The notes under the pieces were generated by a model. That model was not told the origin of the DNA and ran no database searches. It saw only the letters and a list, made by a program, of their open reading frames with translations. Below are positions 1-9,387 of a DNA stretch of 64,000 nt, in pieces. The translations under genes and the position numbers were made by a program. Numbering within the stretch: position 1 is the stretch's first letter; each line of letters opens with the position of its first letter. The stretch is from Acidimicrobiales bacterium (lineage in GTDB: Bacteria > Actinomycetota > Acidimicrobiia > Acidimicrobiales > RAAP-2): positions 547 to 64,546 of the forward strand of contig DATBAO010000120.1 in NCBI GenBank assembly GCA_036271495.1. The letters are read 5' to 3'.

Positions 1-574
1 GCAGGATGGTGTTCACGCGGATGCCGACCACGGACAGGTCCCGCGCCACCGGCAGGGTCATGCCGACCACGCCGCCCTTGGACGACGAGTAGGCGGCCTG
101 GCCGATCTGCCCGTCCTCTGCCGCCACCGATGCCGTGTTCACGATGGCGCCGCGGGCACCATCCACGTCGGGCTCGTTGAGGCTCATCTTCGTGGCCGCC
201 AGCCGGATGCAATTGAACGACCCGATGAGGTTGATCTCGATGACGCGCCGGTAGAGGTCGAGGTCGTGCGCCGATGCATAGTCGCCGTCGCGGCCGATGG
301 TGCGGGTGGCCCAGCCGATGCCGGCGCAGTTCACCAGCGACTTGAGCGGCGCCATCTCCACGGCGGCGTCCACCGCGGTGATCACCTGCTCGGGGTTGGT
401 GACGTCGGTCTGGACGAACAGGCCGCCGATCTCCTTGGCCAGGGGCACGCCCTTGTCCTCCTGGAGGTCGGCCACCACCACGCGCACACCTCGCTCGGCC
501 AGGAGTCGTGAGGTGGCCAGCCCGAGCCCGGACGCCCCTCCGGTGACGATCGCCGACGTGCCGTTCAGATCCAT
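1..574 (-). CDS. Short-chain dehydrogenase/reductase, 3-hydroxyacyl-CoA dehydrogenase type II-like (C-terminal part lies outside the window)
   Basis: Reverse-complement translation from ATG (complement of 572-574) reads MDLNGTSAIVTGGASGLGLAT (TGxxxGxG Rossmann motif) and further on AAYSSSKGG (YxxxK). Absent from the ORF track because its stop is beyond position 1. Confidence 0.8.
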   Translation of the reverse strand, partial: MDLNGTSAIVTGGASGLGLATSRLLAERGVRVVVADLQEDKGVPLAKEIGGLFVQTDVTNPEQVITAVDAAVEMAPLKSLVNCAGIGWATRTIGRDGDYASAHDLDLYRRVIEINLIGSFNCIRLAATKMSLNEPDVDGARGAIVNTASVAAEDGQIGQAAYSSSKGGVVGMTLPVARDLSVVGIRVNTIL

Positions 575-670
575 TTCGCTGCGACTCCTTGTGGGTTCTC
601 CATCGTCAGCCCGCCGTCCGGGCCCGCACCTGACGTGCCGGGCAGAGGATAGGGGCCGGCCCGGCCACGG

Positions 671-2395
671 TCACATCTGGTCGGGTGCCTCAATGCCCAG
701 GAGCGACAGCCCCTGTTCCAGGACGCGCGCCGTCAGGTCGCAGAGCCCGAGGCGGGAGTCGCGTACCGCCTCGTCGTCGACCAGCACCCGGCAGGCCTCG
801 TAGAACGTGGTGAACGACGTGGCCAGTTCGAAGAGGTACGTGCACAGCTTGGAGGGGCTGCAGGACTCCGCCGTCGCCTCCACCGCGGCGGCGAATCCCA
901 GCAGTTGCAACGCCAGCGCGCGTTCCTGGGGCTCGCCGAGCTGCGGCACCGCACCCGGTGCCGGCGGGGCCACGCCGGCCCGCCGGAAGATGGACCGGAC
1001 ACGGGCGTGCGCATACTGCAGGTAGGGCCCGGTGTCGCCCTCGAAGGCGAGCATCCGGTCCCAGTCGAAGACGTAGTCGCGCACACGCTCCGTGGACAGG
1101 TCGGCGTACTTCACCGCGCCGACGCCCAGGGCGTGCGCCACCGCCGCCTGGCGCTCCGGTGACAGGTCGCTGGAGCGGTCCTTCATGGCTGCCGCGGCCC
1201 GGTCGACTCCTTCGCCCAGCAGGTCGATGAGGCGCTCGGAGCCTCCCGAGCGACTGGCCAGCTTCTTGCCGTCGGTCCCGAGGACGAGACCGAAGCCGAC
1301 GTGCACGGCCTCGTCCTCGGCGCGCAGGTACCCGGCCAGGGTGGAGACGGCGAAGACGAGGCGCAGGTGCAGGGACTGCTCGGCCCCGACCACGTAGATC
1401 AAACGCGTGGCCCCGATGCGCCCGGTGCGGTCGCGCACGCTGGCCAGGTCGGTGGCGGGGTAGCCGAACCCGCCATCGGACTTGCGCACGATGAGGGGGA
1501 GCGGCTCGCCGTTGCGGTTCTCGAAGCCCTCGGGGAAGACGCAGAGGGCCCCGTCGTCCTCCACCAGCAGGCCCCTCTCGTCGAGCTCGGAGACGACGAC
1601 GGGCAGCAACGGGTTGTAGAAGCTCTCCCCCACCACGTCGCCAGGAGTGAGCAGCACGCCGAGCAGCTCGTAGACCTCGGCGGCGTGGCGCATGGACTCG
1701 GCTACGAAGATGTGCCAGAGGTGCAGCGTCTCCTCGTCGCCGCCCTGCAGCAGGACGACCCGGTTGCGGCAGCGCTCGGCGAAGGCGGTGTCGCTGTCGA
1801 ACTGGCGGCGCGCCGCGGCGTAGAACTCGTTGAGGTCGCGCACGCTGAAGGACTCGGCCTTGGCGGCGCCGTCCACCTCGAGCAGGTGCTCAATGAGCAT
1901 GCCGAAGGGCGTGCCCCAGTCACCGATGTGGTTCTCCCGCTGCACGTCATGCCCCAAGAACCCGAGGACCCGGGCCAGGGCGTCGCCGATAAGCGTGCTC
2001 CGGAGGTGGCCGACGTGCATCTCCTTGGCCACGTTGGGCGCCGAGTAGTCGATCACGACGGTCTCCGGGTGCGCCGCCCGCTCCACGCCCAGCCGCTCGT
2101 CGGCCGACAGGCTCGCCACGAGCCCGGCCACGAAGTCGTTCGAAAGCGTCAGGTTGATGAATCCGGGGCCGCTGACCTCCACGTCGGCGCAGATGTCCGC
2201 GAGTGAGGCCGCCGCCACGACGTCGTCGGCGACCTGGAGCGGCGGCCGGCCGAGCTGCTTGCCCAGAGGGAGGGCGCCGTTGGCCTGGAAGTCGGCCCGA
2301 TCCGAGACGCGCAACACCGGGTCGGCGCCCGGCTGCACGGTGTCGAAGGCGGCCTGCAGGCGCTGGAACAGCACGCTGGCGGCATCGGGCATCAC
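671..2395 (-). CDS. argS: Arginine--tRNA ligase
   Basis: 574-aa ORF with the class I HIGH-type motif (EMHVGHLRSTLIGD), an anticodon-binding C-terminal region and the typical C-terminal Met. Confidence 0.93.
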   Translation of the reverse strand: MMPDAASVLFQRLQAAFDTVQPGADPVLRVSDRADFQANGALPLGKQLGRPPLQVADDVVAAASLADICADVEVSGPGFINLTLSNDFVAGLVASLSADERLGVERAAHPETVVIDYSAPNVAKEMHVGHLRSTLIGDALARVLGFLGHDVQRENHIGDWGTPFGMLIEHLLEVDGAAKAESFSVRDLNEFYAAARRQFDSDTAFAERCRNRVVLLQGGDEETLHLWHIFVAESMRHAAEVYELLGVLLTPGDVVGESFYNPLLPVVVSELDERGLLVEDDGALCVFPEGFENRNGEPLPLIVRKSDGGFGYPATDLASVRDRTGRIGATRLIYVVGAEQSLHLRLVFAVSTLAGYLRAEDEAVHVGFGLVLGTDGKKLASRSGGSERLIDLLGEGVDRAAAAMKDRSSDLSPERQAAVAHALGVGAVKYADLSTERVRDYVFDWDRMLAFEGDTGPYLQYAHARVRSIFRRAGVAPPAPGAVPQLGEPQERALALQLLGFAAAVEATAESCSPSKLCTYLFELATSFTTFYEACRVLVDDEAVRDSRLGLCDLTARVLEQGLSLLGIEAPDQM

Positions 2396-2445
2396 TCATT
2401 CTCGCATGCCCGGGCTGCGGCCGAACCCGGACCGGGAGACCGCGG

Positions 2446-3549
2446 TCAGTCCGCCGGCGCTCCCATGCCCCCGTCGAGCAGGCCGTAGTGGCGGTAGGGC
2501 CCGAAGAAGCCGTGCTCGAGCAACCCGTAGCCGACGTGACCGTCGTAGGAGAACTCGGCCACGTGGTCAACGATGCCGTACTGGGCCAGTCCCTGCACCT
2601 CGTCGACCGAGAGGACGAGGCCTTGCGTCACCGGGTCGGGCCCGTGGTACATGCCGTGCCGCCAGTCGGCGTCGATGCCGTAGCCCGTGCCGATGGAGAC
2701 GAAGTTGGGCAGGAGCGACGTGCAGGTGATTTCGAGGCCGGCCTCGGGGAAGCGCACCACGGAGTGGTCGATGACGCGCGTCCCGGGAATGAGATGGTGC
2801 TCGTGCTCGGAGCGGCCGAGGTCCTCAATGGGCCGTTCCGGGTCGACCCAGACGCGCTCGCTCTGCACCAGCGGCCGCTCGCCGTCGTCGCGCTCATGAC
2901 AGATGTACATGATGGCGTGGTCGTCGAATTGCATCGGGAAGTAGTTCCACATGCCGCCGAGGACCAGCTCGCCCTGGCGGATGCCGTCGCTCTCGGGCTC
3001 GCCGACCGGCCGCACGCCCCAGGAGCGGTCCCGCGTCCCCCAGCAACGGTCGGGCGTGACCGGGAGATCGACCCCGCCCACCGAGAGCGTCCCGGACCAC
3101 GTCCCGGTCTGGGCCAGCCGCTGCGTGTCGAAGACGACCTTGCCCTTGCTGCGCATGTACTGGCGCGGTTCCTCCATGGCGGGGATGTGGCCCTCCCAGG
3201 TCACGTCCATGGCCACGCTGTGCTCCGTCGGCTCGACGATCACGCGGAGGCGCCGCAGGGGCTCGAGCACCTCCACCCGGAAAGGCCCCACCGACAGGTC
3301 GCCCCGGTCCACCAGGGGCGCCGAGGAGCGGACGATGTGCTGGGAGTCGCCGTGGCGCACGTCGATGAAGGCGTCCGCCACGCCCAGGTTCGGGTACTGG
3401 CCGTACCCGAAGATGGCGAACCAGTCACCCGAACTCGGGTGCATGTTGAAGTAGTAGCGGTCGTAGAAGTTGCGGTCGCTCGTGCCGGGATGCGCAATGA
3501 ACTCGGCGGCTTGGTGCACGGGATAGTCGTCCCAGGAGGAGAGGCTCAT
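2446..3549 (-). CDS. Conserved hypothetical protein (367 aa, WGxRDRSWG motif), function unknown
   Basis: In the frame of track ORF 2446..3675. The first 42 codons are Ala/Arg-rich and overlap the FmdB gene, so the start is placed at ATG 3547-3549 (MSLSSWDDYPVHQ). Contains CWGTRDRSWGVRP. No family name I can assign confidently. Confidence 0.6.
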   Translation of the reverse strand: MSLSSWDDYPVHQAAEFIAHPGTSDRNFYDRYYFNMHPSSGDWFAIFGYGQYPNLGVADAFIDVRHGDSQHIVRSSAPLVDRGDLSVGPFRVEVLEPLRRLRVIVEPTEHSVAMDVTWEGHIPAMEEPRQYMRSKGKVVFDTQRLAQTGTWSGTLSVGGVDLPVTPDRCWGTRDRSWGVRPVGEPESDGIRQGELVLGGMWNYFPMQFDDHAIMYICHERDDGERPLVQSERVWVDPERPIEDLGRSEHEHHLIPGTRVIDHSVVRFPEAGLEITCTSLLPNFVSIGTGYGIDADWRHGMYHGPDPVTQGLVLSVDEVQGLAQYGIVDHVAEFSYDGHVGYGLLEHGFFGPYRHYGLLDGGMGAPAD

Positions 3550-3559
3550 GCCCGTCTGC

Positions 3560-3781
3560 TTAGCAGCACGCGCAGCCGCTGCCGCAGCCGCCCGCCACCG
3601 GCGCCCCGCACATCCCTCCGGCGGGCTCCGCCGCCAGGCCCGTGGTGGCAAAGACGGGGAGGAGCCGGCGGGCACCCACGTGTCCGTCGGGACACCGCGC
3701 CGGCGCGTCGGCCCCGGCCATGGGCCGGCGCTCGTCGAAGACGACGTGACAGGTCGAGCAGCGGAATTCGTAGACGGGCAC
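3560..3781 (-). CDS. FmdB-family zinc-ribbon putative regulatory protein
   Basis: 73 aa. MPVYEFRCSTCHVVFDE ... ARCPDGH zinc-ribbon signature, followed by a Gly/Cys-rich tail (GGMCGAPVAGGCGSGCACC) typical of this family. Confidence 0.8.
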   Translation of the reverse strand: MPVYEFRCSTCHVVFDERRPMAGADAPARCPDGHVGARRLLPVFATTGLAAEPAGGMCGAPVAGGCGSGCACC

Positions 3782-3846
3782 GGTGGCGGACCTCCGGGGA
3801 GGCAGCCTACGCGAACACCCGCAATCTCGACCTCTCTGTCAAACCC

Positions 3847-4209
3847 TCAGCGCTTGGCGTAGTCCGCCATCCCCTGCCAATCGATGACCACACATGGCTC
3901 GTCCCCGACGATCCACGCGTCATGTCCGGCACCCATGACGGCGAAGTCCCCGGGCCCGAACTCCATCTCCTCGCCGTCGTCCATGACCACGTTCATCCGG
4001 CCAGACACGAAGTAGCCGGTGTGCGCGGCCTGGCAGCTGTCGGTCTTGGCCAGCGGCTTCACGTGCTCGGACCACCTCCAACCCGGCAGGAAGGTCGCCC
4101 GACCCACGGCGCCACCGTCGGTGTTGATCAGCTCGAGCTGACCGGTCGCACCGTCAAAGGGCCGGACCTCATCCGGCTTCTCGAACGACTGACGTATGAG
4201 TGCTGGCAT
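3847..4209 (-). CDS. Cupin domain protein
   Basis: Start moved to ATG 4207-4209 (MPALIRQSFEKPDEV), which is preceded by AAGGAGG on the minus strand. The motif GYFVSGRMNVVMDDGEEMEFGPGDFAVMGAGHDAW looks like a cupin_2 fold. Confidence 0.72.
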   Translation of the reverse strand: MPALIRQSFEKPDEVRPFDGATGQLELINTDGGAVGRATFLPGWRWSEHVKPLAKTDSCQAAHTGYFVSGRMNVVMDDGEEMEFGPGDFAVMGAGHDAWIVGDEPCVVIDWQGMADYAKR

Positions 4210-4234
4210 GGTGCCTCCTTTGACTGCTCTGCTG

Positions 4235-4537
4235 CTACAACTCCTCGACGCTCCGCACTTCGAGATTGCGAAACGCCATGTCCCCGTCGGCGAGCGCGCG
4301 GAGCTTCTCGGCGAGCTGCGCCGTCTCGGGCAGCTCCGAGTTGGCCATGGCGGCTTCGAACGAGGGGAACTCGACGATCTGGACATAGGTGTCGGGCCGG
4401 TCTCGATCGCTCGTCATGGTGCCCCGCAGCGCCGTCCGCTTTCCGGCGGTCTTCTTCCGCCACTCGGCGACGAGCGCATCGACTTCGTCAGGCTTGCCCG
4501 TCTGCAGCTCGATGATCTGGATGAATGGCATGGCCAC
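4235..4537 (-). CDS. ABM (antibiotic biosynthesis monooxygenase)-like small ferredoxin-fold protein
   Basis: 100-aa ORF (MAMPFIQIIELQTGKPDEVDAL ... YVQIVEFPSFEAAMAN) with a dimeric alpha+beta barrel-type pattern. The alternative start is 2 codons downstream. Confidence 0.55.
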   Translation of the reverse strand: MAMPFIQIIELQTGKPDEVDALVAEWRKKTAGKRTALRGTMTSDRDRPDTYVQIVEFPSFEAAMANSELPETAQLAEKLRALADGDMAFRNLEVRSVEEL

Positions 4538-4718
4538 CCCCTCGCTGGAGCTTCAAATCGGAAGTTAACCCTGGAATTAGGCGAATTCAATGGGGGTTTC
4601 AGAAAAACCGAGCACCCGCAGGTCGGCGTGTCGCGTCTCAGGTGAGGTTCAGTTGCCGGCAGCGCATAAGCGCCGGGCGTGCGGCGTTCAGGGCGACGGA
4701 CGCGGCCTGGCCGGCGGC

Positions 4719-6173
4719 TTACGGCTGGGCGAAGCCGTAGATGGGCTGGCCGTTGTACGAGGCCGAGTCGGCGGGCAGGAACGGTCCGTCCAGCGCCGTC
4801 GAGAGGTAGCCGTTGCGACCCGGTCCGGCGTCCCCGCCCACGGTCACGATGGCATCGTCGGGCCAGACCTGGGTCACGATCGCAACGTGCGTCGAGGTAC
4901 TCGTGCTCTGCGGCCCGGTCCCGAAGAGCGCGGCGTCGCCCACCGCCGGCATCACCGTGGGCGGCAGGGCGCGTCCGTGGGCGGCGGCCCAGCCCCAGAT
5001 GTCGCCCGTGAAGGCGTAGCGCGGGATCGGGATGCCGGCCTGCTCCCAGGCCCACGTGGCGAACAACGCGCACCACTGCTCACAAGGACCGTAGGGGTTG
5101 CAGTAGAGGCCCTGGGTGTCGGGGTCGGGGAAGATCTGGGACGCCACGGCGTCGGCGATGGTGGTCGAGCCGGGGAACATCGGTTCGGGTGTGGCGGTGG
5201 AGAAGCTGTAGCTCCAGGCCTGCGGATCCAACAGCCAATAGCCGGTCCCCTGGTTGTTGCCGATGATGGCCGAAATCTGGGTGGCGGTCGGGTTCAACGA
5301 CAGGCCGCCGAACGCCTGGGCGTCGCCGTAGGGCAGCACCACCCCGTTCTCTGTGGCGATCAGATAGCCGGCGCCGTCGGGCGAGGCCACCATGCCGACC
5401 ACGCCGTCGGGCAGGTCCTCGGCGCCGGCCGAGCCGTAGAAGCTGGCGTCGCCGTAGTTGAAGATGCCGCCGTCGGAGGCGACCAGCCAGTAGCCGCCGC
5501 CGTTGTGCGTCGCCGCCATGCCGACGATCGGCTCGTTGAGCCGGATGCCGCCCGTGCTCCCGTAGAAGCCGGCGTCGCCGTAGGAGAAGATGCCCCCGTC
5601 GGCCGCCACCAGCCAGTACCCCTTGCCGTCGGGCGTCGCCGTCATGCCGACGATCGGCTGGTTGAGGTGGGTGCCCCCCATGGAGCCGTAGAAGGCGGCG
5701 TCGCCGTAGGCGAACACTCCCCCATCGAGCGCGGCCAGCCAGTACCCCTTGGCGTCGGGCGTGAGGGCCATGGCCACGATCGGGCCCTGCAGCGGCAGGG
5801 CGCCGGCGGAGCCCTCGAAGTTGGCGTCCCCGAAGGCGAAGACGCCGCCGTCCGCGCTGGCCAGGACATAGCCGCCGCCGTCCTTGGTGGCGGCGCCGGA
5901 GAAGACGGGCGAGTTCAGAGGCTGGGGCATCGACGGGCTTGTCAGCCCGACGCTGCCGAAACCGATCATGCCGCCGTCGTTGTAGACCGCTCCGGCCGGC
6001 GAAGAGGTGGCCACGCTGACGGCAAGGCCGGCGACCAACGCGCCCGGCACCAGGACCGTCGCCACCGCCATGCTCACGAGCGAGGGGACCAGGGCAGACA
6101 GCCCCCGTCGACGTGGGGACGACGCGCTCACACCCGAGGTGCCTCCGCCTTTGCGCACCCCTCGATTCTGCAC
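4719..6173 (-). CDS. Secreted protein: N-terminal signal/anchor, six ~42-aa repeats (propeller-like), C-terminal CHAP-type cysteine peptidase/amidase domain
   Basis: Hydrophobic N-terminus ([28 protein letters not shown]). Repeats follow the pattern DGG[VI]F.[FY]GDA.F.GS.G..L..P[IV]VGM..T.DG.GYWL. The C-terminal part has [13 protein letters not shown] (Cys nucleophile context), THVAIVTQV (His) and VTVGGDAG. The exact start is uncertain. Confidence 0.75.
   Translation of the reverse strand: MQNRGVRKGGGTSGVSASSPRRRGLSALVPSLVSMAVATVLVPGALVAGLAVSVATSSPAGAVYNDGGMIGFGSVGLTSPSMPQPLNSPVFSGAATKDGGGYVLASADGGVFAFGDANFEGSAGALPLQGPIVAMALTPDAKGYWLAALDGGVFAYGDAAFYGSMGGTHLNQPIVGMTATPDGKGYWLVAADGGIFSYGDAGFYGSTGGIRLNEPIVGMAATHNGGGYWLVASDGGIFNYGDASFYGSAGAEDLPDGVVGMVASPDGAGYLIATENGVVLPYGDAQAFGGLSLNPTATQISAIIGNNQGTGYWLLDPQAWSYSFSTATPEPMFPGSTTIADAVASQIFPDPDTQGLYCNPYGPCEQWCALFATWAWEQAGIPIPRYAFTGDIWGWAAAHGRALPPTVMPAVGDAALFGTGPQSTSTSTHVAIVTQVWPDDAIVTVGGDAGPGRNGYLSTALDGPFLPADSASYNGQPIYGFAQP
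5226..5981 (-). repeat. Six tandem coding repeats (~126 nt / 42 aa each) inside the CHAP protein gene
   Basis: Protein-level repeats R0-R5 cover residues ~65-316. At DNA level the string ggcgtcgccgtag recurs about every 125 nt. Boundaries are approximate. Confidence 0.7.
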
Positions 6174-6201
6174 CCTGTGCTGCGCCCCGGTGCGCCGGAG
6201 C

Positions 6202-6224
6202 CGTTACGAAGTCGTTACGAAGTC
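6202..6224. repeat. Perfect 11-bp tandem direct repeat (CGTTACGAAGT x2, plus C) in the divergent CHAP-gene/aconitase intergenic region; candidate regulator binding site
   Basis: Sequence ccgttacgaagtcgttacgaagtc read directly. It lies 107 nt upstream of the acn ATG (6331) and 29 nt upstream of the longest CHAP ORF start (6173). Confidence 0.6.
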
Positions 6225-6330
6225 AGCCCTCAATGCCGGTGTGGGGCCGGGCAGATCCCTCGGGACGTCCCCGGGGGGCCGGAGAGGGGCCGTTTGGGTG
6301 ATACCGGCGACCTCACGGCAGAATGGGTCC

Positions 6331-9042
6331 ATGAGCACGGACTCCACGAACACAGAGCACCCCGACACCTTCGACGCCCGGGCGGACCTCACCGTCGGTG
6401 ATCGCACGTACGAGATCTTCAACATCACGGCGCCGGCCCTCAGCAACCGGTACGACATTGCGCGGCTGCCCTATTCCATCAAGGTCCTGTTGGAGAACCT
6501 CCTGCGACACGAGGACGGGCCCCACGTGTCGGCCGACGACATCGTCGCCGTGGCGAACTGGGGCGCCAACCCCGAGGGACACGGCCAGGGTGCCGGCGAC
6601 AGCGCGCACGAAATCGCCTTCACCCCCGAGCGCGTGCTCATGCAGGACTTCACCGGCGTCCCTGCGGTGGTCGACCTTGCCGCCATGCGTGACGCGCTCG
6701 CCGGGCTCGGCGGCAACGCCTCCCAGGTGAACCCGCTGGTCCCGGTCGAACTGGTGATCGACCACTCGGTCATCATTGAGGAGTCGGGCGACGCGGCGGC
6801 CTACGACACCAATGTCTCCATTGAGTACGGGCGCAACATGGAGCGCTACCAGCTCATCCGCTGGGCCCAGGGTGCCTTCCAGGACTTCCGGGCCGTGCCG
6901 CCCGGCATGGGGATCTGCCACCAGGTGAACCTCGAGTACCTGTCCCGCCTGGTGTTCGCCACCGAGGACGGGCGTGCCTTCTGCGACTCGCTCGTGGGCA
7001 CGGACTCGCACACCGTCATGGTCAACGGCCTCGGCGTCCTCGGCTGGGGCGTCGGGGGCATTGAGGCGGAGGCCGCCATGCTCGGGCAACCGCTGTCCAT
7101 GTTGCTGCCGCCGGTCGTGGGGCTGCGGATTTCCGGGGAGCCCAAGCCGGGGATCACCGCGACCGACGTCGTGCTGACCGTCACCGAGTTGTTGCGCGAC
7201 CACGGAGTCGTCGGCGCCTTCGTCGAGTGCTACGGCCCCGGAGTGGCGGCGCTGCCGCTCGAGACGAGGGCCACCATCGGCAACATGAGCCCCGAGTACG
7301 GGGCCACCTGCACCATGTTCCCCATCGACCAGGTCACGATCGACTACCTGCGCTTCACCGGGCGCGACGACGATCACCTCGAACTCGTGGAGGCCTTCGC
7401 CAAGGCCCAGGGCCTGTGGCACGACCCGGACGCGCCCGAGCCCGTCTACTCCGAGCACGTCAGCCTCGATCTGGGCGACGTCGAGCCCTCCCTCGCCGGC
7501 CCGGCACGGCCGCAGGACCGGGTCTCCCTGTCGGCGGCCGGCGACGCCTACCGCGCCGCCCTCGACCGCTCCCCCCGCACGGCCGCCACCGAGCCGGCCG
7601 CAGCGCCGCACCACCAGATGACCGACGGCGACGTCGTCATTGCGGCCATCACGAGTTGCACCAACACCTCCAACCCCCAGGTCATGGTCGCCGCCGGCCT
7701 GGTGGCCAAGAAGGCCGTCGAGCGCGGGCTGCGGGCCAAGCCGTGGGTCAAGACCTCGCTCGCCCCCGGTTCGCGGGTCGTCACCGACTACCTCGACCGG
7801 GCCGGACTGACCGAACCGCTGCAACAGCTCGGCTTCTATCTCGTCGGCTACGGCTGCACCACCTGCATCGGGAACTCGGGGCCACTGCTCGACGGTGTCA
7901 CCGAGGCCGTGAAGGAGGGCGACCTCTCCGTCGTCTCCGTGCTGTCGGGCAACCGCAACTTCGAGGGACGCATCCACCCCGACGTGCGGCTGAACTATCT
8001 GGCGTCGCCGCCGCTCGTGGTGGCCTACGCGTTGGCGGGGACGATCGACACCGACCTGACCACCACACCCATCGGCGAAGACGCCGAGGGCAAGCCGGTG
8101 CTGCTCTCCGAGCTGTGGCCCACGATGGAAGAGGTGAGCGAGACCATCCGGGCGTCACTCACGTCGGACATGTTCCGCACCCGCTACAGCGCCGTCTTCG
8201 ACGGCGACGAGTACTGGCAGCAGGTGTCGACCGCTGACGGTGAGACCTACTCGTGGCAGGACGACTCCACCTACGTGCAGAACCCGCCCTACTTCGAGGG
8301 GATGACGATGACGCCGGCACCGGTAAGCGACATCGCCGGCGCCCGTGTGCTGGCCCTGCTCGGCGACAGCGTCACGACCGACCACATCTCCCCCGCCGGA
8401 TCCATCGGTCCGACCACACCCGCCGGCCGCTTCCTCACCGAACACGGCGTGGCGCGTCACGACTTCAACTCCTACGGCGCGCGCCGGGGCAACCACGAAG
8501 TGATGATGCGGGGCACCTTCGCCAACGTGCGCCTGCGCAACCTGTTGGCGCCCGGCACGGAGGGCGGGATCACCCTGCACCTGCCCGACGGTGCCGAGAC
8601 GTCCATCTTCGAGGCGGCGATGCAGTACGCCGACGAGGGCGTGCCCCTCGTGGTGCTGGCCGGCCGCGAGTACGGGACGGGGAGCAGCCGCGACTGGGCG
8701 GCCAAGGGCACGGCCCTCCTCGGCGTGCGCGCCGTCATCGCCCAGAGCTTCGAGCGGATCCACCGGTCCAACCTCATCGGCATGGGCGTCGTCCCATTGC
8801 AGTTCTACAAGGGCGACTCGGCGCAGAGCCTGGGGCTGACGGGCCACGAGCGCTTCGCCATCGCCGGGTTGGAGGTCGTGAACAAGGGCGAGCTCCCGAA
8901 GGAGCTGACCGTCACGGCGACGGCCGACGACGATTCGGTCACCGAGTTCCGCGCCATCGTGCGCATCGACACGCCGATGGAGGCCGAGTACTACCGCCAC
9001 GGCGGCATCCTGCAGTACGTGCTGCGCCAGATGGCGGGCTAG
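6331..9042 (+). CDS. acnA: Aconitate hydratase A
   Basis: In the frame of track ORF 6007..9042. The upstream 108 codons are junk-like, so the start is placed at ATG 6331 ([20 protein letters not shown]). Hallmarks [26 protein letters not shown] and SGNRNFEGR are present. Confidence 0.94.
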   Translation: MSTDSTNTEHPDTFDARADLTVGDRTYEIFNITAPALSNRYDIARLPYSIKVLLENLLRHEDGPHVSADDIVAVANWGANPEGHGQGAGDSAHEIAFTPERVLMQDFTGVPAVVDLAAMRDALAGLGGNASQVNPLVPVELVIDHSVIIEESGDAAAYDTNVSIEYGRNMERYQLIRWAQGAFQDFRAVPPGMGICHQVNLEYLSRLVFATEDGRAFCDSLVGTDSHTVMVNGLGVLGWGVGGIEAEAAMLGQPLSMLLPPVVGLRISGEPKPGITATDVVLTVTELLRDHGVVGAFVECYGPGVAALPLETRATIGNMSPEYGATCTMFPIDQVTIDYLRFTGRDDDHLELVEAFAKAQGLWHDPDAPEPVYSEHVSLDLGDVEPSLAGPARPQDRVSLSAAGDAYRAALDRSPRTAATEPAAAPHHQMTDGDVVIAAITSCTNTSNPQVMVAAGLVAKKAVERGLRAKPWVKTSLAPGSRVVTDYLDRAGLTEPLQQLGFYLVGYGCTTCIGNSGPLLDGVTEAVKEGDLSVVSVLSGNRNFEGRIHPDVRLNYLASPPLVVAYALAGTIDTDLTTTPIGEDAEGKPVLLSELWPTMEEVSETIRASLTSDMFRTRYSAVFDGDEYWQQVSTADGETYSWQDDSTYVQNPPYFEGMTMTPAPVSDIAGARVLALLGDSVTTDHISPAGSIGPTTPAGRFLTEHGVARHDFNSYGARRGNHEVMMRGTFANVRLRNLLAPGTEGGITLHLPDGAETSIFEAAMQYADEGVPLVVLAGREYGTGSSRDWAAKGTALLGVRAVIAQSFERIHRSNLIGMGVVPLQFYKGDSAQSLGLTGHERFAIAGLEVVNKGELPKELTVTATADDDSVTEFRAIVRIDTPMEAEYYRHGGILQYVLRQMAG

Positions 9043-9048
9043 GCACGT

Positions 9049-9387
9049 TCAGCCGTCGAAGGCGGCCAGCACCTTCTTGGGGGCGCGGCTCCGCCACGAC
9101 TCCGTGAGGAGCTCGCGCAGGAGCGGGACGGTCGCCTGGGGCAGCAGGACCCGGCAGCCCCTGCGCTTGGTGCCCCACCACAGCTCCTCGACGGCGGTCG
9201 GATACTCGGCCACGTAGGCCGCCACCTCGTCGTCGCCGACGAAGACGTGGACCCGTCCGCCTGCGGCCGGCATGGTGGCGAAGATCTTCCCGGCGACCCG
9301 GAACGAGGTCATGTCGTGGTGCGGGGCCTCAGCCGTCTTGGGCAACGCGAGTGCCAGGCGACGCACGGCGGCAACGGAGACGGCCAT
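9049..9387 (-). CDS. MmcQ/YjbR-family DNA-binding protein
   Basis: 112 aa (MAVSVAAVRRLALALPKTAEAPHHDMTSFRVAGKIFATM). The start ATG shares one nucleotide with the upstream stop (TGATG at 9385-9389). Confidence 0.65.
   Translation of the reverse strand: MAVSVAAVRRLALALPKTAEAPHHDMTSFRVAGKIFATMPAAGGRVHVFVGDDEVAAYVAEYPTAVEELWWGTKRRGCRVLLPQATVPLLRELLTESWRSRAPKKVLAAFDG

Noticed and set aside
3560-3781. Gly/Cys-rich C-terminal tail of the FmdB-type protein, considered as a RiPP precursor core
   Set aside because: Low-complexity G/S/C tails are a normal feature of this zinc-ribbon family. I recognised no radical-SAM, YcaO, lanthionine synthetase or peptidase/exporter genes adjacent to it.
2203-4515. 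770-aa plus-strand ORF spanning the region
   Set aside because: Its translation is Arg/Pro/Gly/Ala-rich low complexity with no motifs. It lies antisense to four well-supported minus-strand genes (unknown 367 aa, FmdB, cupin, ABM). This is a typical stop-codon-poor wrong frame of high-GC DNA.
5226-5981. Roughly 125-nt DNA periodicity, considered as a possible CRISPR-like or satellite array
   Set aside because: The repeats are degenerate at DNA level, in frame, and translate into a conserved 42-aa protein repeat. There is no repeat/spacer alternation, and I saw no cas genes in the window.
4590-7977. Long antisense ORFs 4590..6401 (+, 603 aa) and 6313..7977 (-, 554 aa)
   Set aside because: They lie opposite the propeller-CHAP gene and aconitase respectively. 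Both are Gly/Arg/Asp/Val-rich with no motifs. The same reasoning applies to 59268..60617, 61703..63100, 27558..28652, 28851..30134 and similar entries.
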